Position numbers and translations under genes: made by a program. Below, one piece after another: positions 56,547 to 64,000 of a DNA stretch of 64,000 bases. The notes under the pieces are model-generated. The model was not told the origin of the DNA. It made no database searches and saw only the letters and a list, made by a program, of their open reading frames with translations. The DNA is from Escherichia coli (GTDB lineage: Bacteria > Pseudomonadota > Gammaproteobacteria > Enterobacterales > Enterobacteriaceae), in NCBI RefSeq assembly GCF_024502345.1, contig NZ_JALDNN010000001.1; one strand, 5' to 3'. The first letter of the stretch is position 1, and each line of letters opens with the position of its first letter.

Positions 56547-56985
56547 ATGTTAAAAAAATTAATAACTTTTTCTGCCATCCTGTGTACGGGACAAGCATGG
56601 GCTGCATGTGTGGATGGTGCAGCTGGCCCAAACGGCGTAGATAGTGCCACCGAAGGTAGTACCTGCGATAACAGCGGTACGTCATATATAGGGAATAATA
56701 CCGCTTATGCGAGCGGGTCAGGTTCTGTTCTTAATTTCTTACCTGGAACTGTAATCAGTAGTAATGGTGTTGCTGCCGTTTATACGCTTGCCGTGGGAGG
56801 AGTCAATAGTGGCGGTTCGATCCCTGGAGCTGGAGCAACGGTTCATGCAAAAGGAGATTTAACAGTTAATGGGAATGCTCTGGGCAGTACTCGGAGTATT
56901 TTTATCTTTTCTGGTACAGATGCAGGGGGAAAACGTAACTCACTTCAGATAGATGGAAACCTGACTGCAACGAGGACTGGCGGTC
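56547..56985 (+). pseudogene. 5' fragment of a secreted Gly/Ser/Thr-rich protein gene (possible adhesin/autotransporter passenger), 3'-truncated at the junction with the integrase fragment
   Basis: Signal peptide MLKKLITFSAILCTGQAWA then low-complexity passenger-like sequence; the ORF's last codons are antisense integrase sequence. Confidence 0.4.
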
Positions 56986-57548
56986 TTTATGGGGCTGTTA
57001 TAGGTGATAATGCCTGACTGGGCAGCATAGCGCATGATTGCAGTGATACGCTGCTGAAGGCGCGCTGCAATCTCATAAATCTCTTTGGCTTCGGCTGCCT
57101 TTACTGGAACAAGTAAATCGGGAGTTCTGAGGGTGGTAATGTCACGTGAACCGATAAAGGGAAACACATGAGTTTCTAGGCTTTTCAGTATCTTCTCACT
57201 ATGTGAGGCTGACCATTTTTTGTTGCTCTTATGCCACTGCCTTGCGATGCCTTCAAATGTCTGAGCTGTTTCGGGTACCGACTTTTTGATTCGTTTCTGT
57301 TCGCACGGGTCAGTTCCTTCAGCTATCTGCTTTCTCGCCGCATCGCGTTTTTCCCTTGCTTCTGATAACGAGACTTCAGGATAGACACCCAGGGCGAGCG
57401 TTTTCTCTTTGCCCAGAAACCGGTAGCGGAGTCGCCAGTAGCGCGAGCCGTTAGGGTGAACGAGCAAAAACATGTTGCCGCTGTCGGCAAGTTTATAAGG
57501 TTTTTCATCCGGTTTAGCTGCACGGATTTTAGCGTCAGTGAGCGCCAT
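56980..57548 (-). pseudogene. P4-type phage/island integrase, N-terminal ~190 codons only
   Basis: MALTDAKIRAAKPDEKPYKLADSGNMFLLVHPNGSRYWRLRYRFLGKEKTLALGVYPEVSL matches recalled CP4-like integrase arm-binding domain; catalytic domain absent; sits 195 bp downstream of the tRNA-Phe fragment. Confidence 0.75.
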
Positions 57549-57743
57549 TGGCGGTATCTCCTGATAGTAAAAGGGGCATAAATTTTATCGAATCAGACTA
57601 TACCCTCAGTTGTACCCTCGCAAGGGGCTTGATGCGGGTAGAAGTTGATTGAGCTGGGTGGAGTTAATGGATTGAAGAGGTGTTGATTTCTGCGGGATTA
57701 GAATGCAAAAACGGACCTCCGTGGAGGTCCGTTGATATGAATT

Positions 57744-57792
57744 TGGTGCCCGGACTCGGAATCGAACCAAGGACACGGGGATTTTCAATCCC
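57744..57792 (-). tRNA. tRNA-Phe 3'-terminal 49-nt fragment (not a complete gene): direct-repeat remnant of a tRNA-Phe attachment site
   Basis: Exact match to reverse complement of recalled tRNA-Phe 3' half TGGTGCCCGGACTCGGAATCGAACCAAGGACACGGGGATTTTCAATCCC; match ends abruptly. Confidence 0.8.
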
Positions 57793-58069
57793 TTTAAAAG
57801 AGCCCAAACGATCCATCAGCACTAACAGTTTTTTACTGGTTTACCTTGAGAAAAATGTTTAAGTTTGGTTCTTCATGACTTAAGTATTGCTTAAATACGG
57901 CGTTTCGAAGCTACCAGAATCCTACCATTATGAGCCTATACCCATAGAAGAGAAATTATCTCCCGTTCTCGCGATTCAATGACTAAAAATCAGACGGTGC
58001 AGGCTTTTAGATACTGATATTATATCTTTTGGGTAAAGTATTAATCTCTGTTGAGATAGGCTCTTAGCC

Positions 58070-58408
58070 CTAAAATAGCCGAGCAGCAAACGCCAAAACA
58101 ACAATACTAACATTACCATTAACTGTCGCGATGGTTCTGAGTCGATCGTCTTTAAGTGTTTTACCATCAAATGTTGCGATGGTGCGGAGTCGATCGTCTT
58201 TCAGGGTCTTGCCATCAAAGGTAGCGATGGTGCGGAGTCGGTCGTCTTTCAGGGTTTTACCGTCAAAAGTTGAGATGGTTCTGAGCCGGTCGTCTTTCAG
58301 GGTTTTACCGTCAAACGTTGCGATGGTCCTGAGCCGGTCGTCTTTCAGGGTTTTACCGTCAAAGGTAGCGATGGTACGGAGTCGATCGTCTTTTATAGTT
58401 ACGCTCAT
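58070..58408 (-). CDS. Small repeat protein: MSVTI, about 5.5 copies of a 16-aa unit (KDDRLRTIATFDGKTL), hydrophobic C-terminal tail
   Basis: ORF with AGGAGA RBS 6 nt before ATG at 58408; repeat units differ mainly by synonymous codon changes (Arg CGC/AGA/AGG/CGT; Asp GAC/GAT). Confidence 0.55.
   Translation of the reverse strand: MSVTIKDDRLRTIATFDGKTLKDDRLRTIATFDGKTLKDDRLRTISTFDGKTLKDDRLRTIATFDGKTLKDDRLRTIATFDGKTLKDDRLRTIATVNGNVSIVVLAFAARLF
58131..58400. repeat. 48-bp tandem direct repeat array, about 5.6 copies
   Basis: Units ATGGT(G/T)C(G/T)GAG(T/C)CG(A/G)TCGTCTTTCAGGG(T/C)TTTACC(A/G)TCAAA(G/C)GT(A/T)GCG read directly. Confidence 0.85.
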
Positions 58409-58629
58409 AAGCATTCTCCTGTGATACGTCCGTTCAGCACTTTACCATCCAAAATCAAGCACTGGTTTCTGTGAGTTCTGGACGCTAATTGTCTGAATCA
58501 GCGATTAAAACTCATCCAGTTAGCATTAACATTAACCAGCGCCTCATCGATCATAACAGGTCTGATGCAGGTTAAAAGATACAATCTTACCCATAAATTG
58601 CGGTAGCGCATTGTTCTTTTATCTGACAT

Positions 58630-61600
58630 CTAGAGGTGTCCTCCAACCCCTTTAAATTTTTCGATAAATGCCCCAATTTTCTGGAATACAGTCTGCTTTT
58701 TCGTTTTGTACTGAGGATTCAGCGGACTGAGCTTTGGTAGCGTCTCATTTAGCTCCGTCCCATTTTCGGTGGCATACTCCCGTTTTAGTGATGTGCGGAT
58801 ATAGCGCCTTGCAGCCTCTTCATTGAGGTTTTCTTCCTTAATCAACGCCTCTGCTTCCCGTTGCTGTTCACGCTGAGCATAGGTAAAGAATGCATCAATG
58901 ATACTGGCCTTGTCCGGCATGTCATCAAGGTTAGTTTGCTGAATAAAGTCAACAATCAGACCTTCTTTGGCACGGTTGCCCAGACTTGAGCGGATTAAGC
59001 GTCTGACCTCTTCAGTCAGGGCTTCTTTACCTTTTTTCTGACGATTGTGGTCGAAAATCAGACCAAGGATGTAATCCAGGTTAATTTCCTGCGACTTCAG
59101 CAGGTCAATTTCAAACACCACGTCATCCCAGTCTGTGGTTGATTTATCCCTGTCGTTTGATGCTTTTTCGCGTCGCTGCCAGTCCCGGATATCATTGTAT
59201 GCTGAGCGATAGTCCTGAACTTTACGTTCTGCCGGGAGACGAATGGTTTGTAATTCAGCAAATTTTTCATCATCCACATAGTGCTCTGCTTTAAAGGTTT
59301 CTACCGCTTCCGGGTCACTAATATCAACCTTCTGCAGGGCTTTCAGCGTGGCAAATTCATCATAGTTTTGCAGGATGTTTTCTGCCCGCAGATATTCACC
59401 AAACAGTTTGACGAAGGCTTTTTTCTCTTTTTCACTGTCGATACTGGCAGGGTCAGGGAAGCGCTGCTCCAGCTCAGAGACAACAGCCATAAAACCTCGT
59501 TTAGCCTCACCGGTTGCCGCATCGGTAAAGCCCTGCATGTACTCTTCGTAGCTTTTTTCCAGCACCACATTCTTGGTGTTTTTGTCGCCGAAAAGTGTGA
59601 TGGCATCAATGGTCGGACGCTCCAGGTCCCTGAAAGTCACGATATTGCCGAAGGTTTTGGTTGCATCATAGATACGGTTGGTGCGTGAGAATGCCTGCAT
59701 CAGACCGTGATAACGCAGGTTTTTGTCAACGAACAGAGTATTGAGCGTCGGAGCATCAAAGCCAGTCAAGAACATTCCCACCACGATGAGAAGGTCAATA
59801 TCCTGATTTTTCACTCGTTGAGCTAAATCGCGGTAGTAGTTCTGGAAACCGTTACTGTCGGTGCTGAAATTGGTTTTAAAGTGGTTGTTATAGTCATCAA
59901 TGGCTGAATCCAGGAATTCCTTTGCGCTGCTGTTCATTGCACTGGTATCAAAACTTTCGTCGGTAATATCACCAATAGCGCTTTGCTCTTCATTAGCAGC
60001 AAAAGAGAAGATGGTTGCCACACGAAGACGTTTATAGCTGCCAGATTTCTTCTCAGCTTCTTCCTGTAGCATTTTAAATGTCGTGTAATAAGCTTTTGCC
60101 GCGTCCACGCTGCTCACTGCTAACATGGCATTGAAGCCTTTTGCTCCCGGGAAGGTACGATGCGTTTTCTGGCGGAAGTTATTGAGAATGTATTGCGTTA
60201 TTTCCTGGATACGCAGTGGGTGCAGAAAGGCCTGGTGGTTTTCAGCCGCGCTGAGTTTTTTCTCATCAGTTTCCGTTTCAAGAGACTTAAACTGTGGGCG
60301 GACATCGTTATAGTCCACCTTAAACTTCAGCACTTTTTCATCACGAATCGCATCAGTAATGACGTAAGAATGTAATTCACGCCCGAAGACGCTGGCGGTG
60401 GTTTCTGCCCCCAGTGCGTTTTCCGGGAAAATAGGTGTACCGGTAAAACCAAACTGATAAAAGCTTCTGAATTTCTTTTTGAGGTTTTTCTGGGCCTCAC
60501 CAAACTGGCTGCGGTGACACTCATCAAAGATAAACACAACCTGCTGCTGATAGACGGGCAGGTCAGCTTCGGCTTTCATCAGGTTATTGAGTTTCTGAAT
60601 GGTTGTGACGATAATTTTGTTATCGTCCTTATCCAGGTTTCTTCTGAGGCCAGCTGTATTATCCGAACCATTCACACTGTCCGGAGAGAAGCGCTGATAC
60701 TCCTTCATGGTCTGGTAATCGAGGTCTTTCCTGTCGACCACGAAGAAGACTTTATCAATAAAGTCCAGCTCGGTTGCCAGACGTGCGGCCTTAAAACTGG
60801 TCAACGTTTTACCGCTACCTGTGGTATGCCAGATAAACCCGCCGCTTTCGGGTTTTGACCAGTTCTTCGCTTTAAATGAGCTGTTAATTTTCCAGAGGAT
60901 TCGCTCAGTGGCAGCAATCTGATAGGGGCGCATGACGAGCAGCGTCTGGCTGCTGTCAAACACGCTGTAATTAAACAGAACATTCAGCAGAGTATGCTTC
61001 TGGAAGAAAGTGGCGGTAAAGTCCTTCAGGTCCTTAATCAGAGTGTTATCCGACTTTGCCCAGTTCATGGTGAAATCAAAGCTATTTTTATCCCGTTTAG
61101 TGGTACTGGCAAAGTACCGGGTATCAGTCCCGTTGGAAATCACGAAGAGTTGCAGGTATTTAAACAGGGAGTTATCGCTGTTAAAGCTTTCCTTGCTGTA
61201 ACGGTGTATCTGGTTAAAGGCTTCACGAATCGCCACACCGCGTTTTTTGAGTTCGATTTGCACCAGTGGAAGGCCGTTGACCAGAATGGTGACGTCATAA
61301 CGGTTAGCGTGTGAGCCAGTCTGCTCAAACTGCTGAATGACCTGCACCTTATTGCGCAGCAGGTTCTTTTTATCTATCAGATAGATGTTTTCCAGACGAC
61401 CATCATCAAACGTAAAATCACAGATATAGTCGATATGGATTTTACGGGTTTTGTCCAGGCTGCTGTCACTGGGACTGTCCAGATACTGCTCTGCGAAGCG
61501 CCGCCATTCACTTTCGTTAAACACCACACCATTAAGACGCTGAAGCTGGTCTCGCACATTCGCCAGCATCGCAGCCGGTGACTTAACGGAGATAAACTCA

Positions 61601-61746
61601 TACCCCTGATTAAGAAGGTCTTGAATCAGCTCCCGCTCAAGGTCCGATTCGCTCTGGTAACTCTCACCAGTTTCCTGAGCTTTAGAGTACTTATCAAGGA
61701 CGATAAAGTTATTGGATTCAGCAATAGTATGTGTCTGTTGTGTCAT
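58630..61746 (-). CDS. hsdR: Type I restriction enzyme R subunit (HsdR)
   Basis: 1038-aa ORF with helicase-type motifs (TGSGKT, DECHRSQ) and type I R subunit architecture. Confidence 0.9.
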   Translation of the reverse strand: MTQQTHTIAESNNFIVLDKYSKAQETGESYQSESDLERELIQDLLNQGYEFISVKSPAAMLANVRDQLQRLNGVVFNESEWRRFAEQYLDSPSDSSLDKTRKIHIDYICDFTFDDGRLENIYLIDKKNLLRNKVQVIQQFEQTGSHANRYDVTILVNGLPLVQIELKKRGVAIREAFNQIHRYSKESFNSDNSLFKYLQLFVISNGTDTRYFASTTKRDKNSFDFTMNWAKSDNTLIKDLKDFTATFFQKHTLLNVLFNYSVFDSSQTLLVMRPYQIAATERILWKINSSFKAKNWSKPESGGFIWHTTGSGKTLTSFKAARLATELDFIDKVFFVVDRKDLDYQTMKEYQRFSPDSVNGSDNTAGLRRNLDKDDNKIIVTTIQKLNNLMKAEADLPVYQQQVVFIFDECHRSQFGEAQKNLKKKFRSFYQFGFTGTPIFPENALGAETTASVFGRELHSYVITDAIRDEKVLKFKVDYNDVRPQFKSLETETDEKKLSAAENHQAFLHPLRIQEITQYILNNFRQKTHRTFPGAKGFNAMLAVSSVDAAKAYYTTFKMLQEEAEKKSGSYKRLRVATIFSFAANEEQSAIGDITDESFDTSAMNSSAKEFLDSAIDDYNNHFKTNFSTDSNGFQNYYRDLAQRVKNQDIDLLIVVGMFLTGFDAPTLNTLFVDKNLRYHGLMQAFSRTNRIYDATKTFGNIVTFRDLERPTIDAITLFGDKNTKNVVLEKSYEEYMQGFTDAATGEAKRGFMAVVSELEQRFPDPASIDSEKEKKAFVKLFGEYLRAENILQNYDEFATLKALQKVDISDPEAVETFKAEHYVDDEKFAELQTIRLPAERKVQDYRSAYNDIRDWQRREKASNDRDKSTTDWDDVVFEIDLLKSQEINLDYILGLIFDHNRQKKGKEALTEEVRRLIRSSLGNRAKEGLIVDFIQQTNLDDMPDKASIIDAFFTYAQREQQREAEALIKEENLNEEAARRYIRTSLKREYATENGTELNETLPKLSPLNPQYKTKKQTVFQKIGAFIEKFKGVGGHL

Positions 61747-61861
61747 GGTGCATCCTGTGCGTCATCTGGCAAAGTCCGGAAGGGTATCAGAAACATCATC
61801 CGGCACTCGTAAAGCCTGATACCGGTAGGTGAAAGCAGACACTGCCGGTATCAGTGGCCTG

Positions 61862-63087
<1,226 letters not shown>

Positions 63088-63091
<4 letters not shown>

Positions 63092-64000
63092 TTCTGCACC
63101 TCGCAGCCTTCAATTTCAGCCACAATCGCATCAATATCTTTGCGCAACTGGTCGATTTTGCTGACCGTGGTTTTCAGCTCTGCATTCAACTCAGCGATAT
63201 CGATAATTTCGCGAGTATCTTTCGCTTCCACATAGCTGCTCACCGACAGGTTATAGTCATTCGCGACAACAGTCTCAAACGCAACAGATTTCGCCAGATG
63301 AGCAACATCTTCCTTGCTGGCAAATACCTGCATAATTTGTTCGATATGGGCATCGGTCAGGATATTGTTGTTGGTCTCTTTTTTGAATAGTTCACTGGCG
63401 TCAATAAACTGAACTTTGGTATCGGTTTTATGTTTAGACAACACCAGAATATTGACGGCAATAGTGGTGCCAAAGAACAGGTTCGGTGCCAGTGAAATCA
63501 CGGTTTCGACATAGTTATTGTCAACCAGGTACTGTCGGATTTTCTGCTCTGCACCGCCACGGTAAAAAATACCGGGGAAGCAAACTATTGCTGCACGCCC
63601 TTTAGCAGACAGGTAGTTCAGCGCATGTAGGACAAATGCAAAGTCCGCTTTTGATTTCGGGGCCAGTACACCAGCTGGAGCAAAGCGCTCATCGTTAATC
63701 AGGGTCGGGTCGTCACTGCCAATCCACTTAACCGAGTACGGCGGGTTAGAGACAATCGCATCGAACGGTTTTTCATCGCCAAAGTGAGGCTCAGTCAGGG
63801 TATTCCCCAGTCTGATATCAAATTTGTCGTAGTTGATGTTGTGCAGGAACATGTTCATACGCGCCAGGTTAAAGGTTGTATGATTTATCTCCTGACCATA
63901 AAAACCTTCTTCAATGATATGGTTATCAAAGTGCTTCTTCGCCTGAAGCAGCAGTGAACCAGAGCCAGCGGCAGGGTCATAGATTTTGTTGACGTGAGTC
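63088..64000 (-). CDS. hsdM: Type I restriction-modification methyltransferase subunit (HsdM), C-terminal part; 5' end lies beyond the window
   Basis: ORF with N6-adenine methyltransferase motif IV (NPPY); frame open to the window edge; stop overlaps the hsdS start. Confidence 0.85.

Noticed and set aside
56940-57017. Apparent overlap of the secreted-protein ORF and the integrase ORF
   Set aside because: Not a true gene overlap: both ORFs are truncation products of one deletion junction near 56980, and each tail is read from the other gene's sequence
58131-58400. Possible CRISPR array
   Set aside because: Units are contiguous with no unique spacers, the period is 48 bp, and the array is coding; not CRISPR
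58131-58424. Plus-strand 97-aa ORF across the 48-bp tandem repeats
   Set aside because: The inter-unit nucleotide differences are synonymous only in the minus-strand frame, which also has the ribosome-binding site; the plus-strand frame is open only because of the repeat periodicity

Overview
This window is an Escherichia coli-type chromosomal segment, in reverse orientation relative to the K-12 map, running ygiQ to glcA and then into a tRNA-Phe (pheV-side) island region. Calls rest on reading the six-frame ORF track and the sequence by eye; no database search was run, so family names are recollection-based and hand-read coordinates may be off by a few bases. The conserved backbone is ygiQ, yqhH, yqhG, dkgA, yqhD, yqhC, yghB, metC, exbBD, yghA, yqhA, gpr(yghZ), yghX, yghW, hybOABCDEFG, yghU, gss, pitB, yghT/S/R/Q, glcC and glcDEFGBA, with REP elements and several intrinsic terminators. 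Three accessory regions stand out. (1) At the left edge, an IS1 copy with an 8-bp target duplication sits in the last codons of one of two tandem paralogous genes; the downstream paralog (membrane protein) carries a frameshift. (2) The strongest candidate for the novel system is the yghT-to-yghO locus (about 29.3-42.2 kb). It combines a serine-palmitoyltransferase-like alpha-oxoamine synthase, a dedicated ACP, a fatty-acyl-AMP-ligase-type enzyme, an NAD-dependent reductase (frameshifted here), a divergent putative acyltransferase, an LptF/LptG-like permease pair, an exported protein, a flippase-like membrane protein and three P-loop kinase-like paralogs. I read this as a sphingolipid/ceramide-like lipid synthesis and export system; K-12 keeps only remnants of it. 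(3) Right of glcA, sslE (yghJ) is cut after about 100 codons by an IS30/IS3-family/IS26 mosaic carrying an orphan chemoreceptor gene. This is followed by a truncated P4-type integrase, a 49-nt tRNA-Phe 3' fragment (island att repeat), a small gene built from 48-bp tandem repeats, and a type I restriction-modification locus (hsdM-hsdS-hsdR) whose hsdS has a 12-bp TAEL repeat tract.
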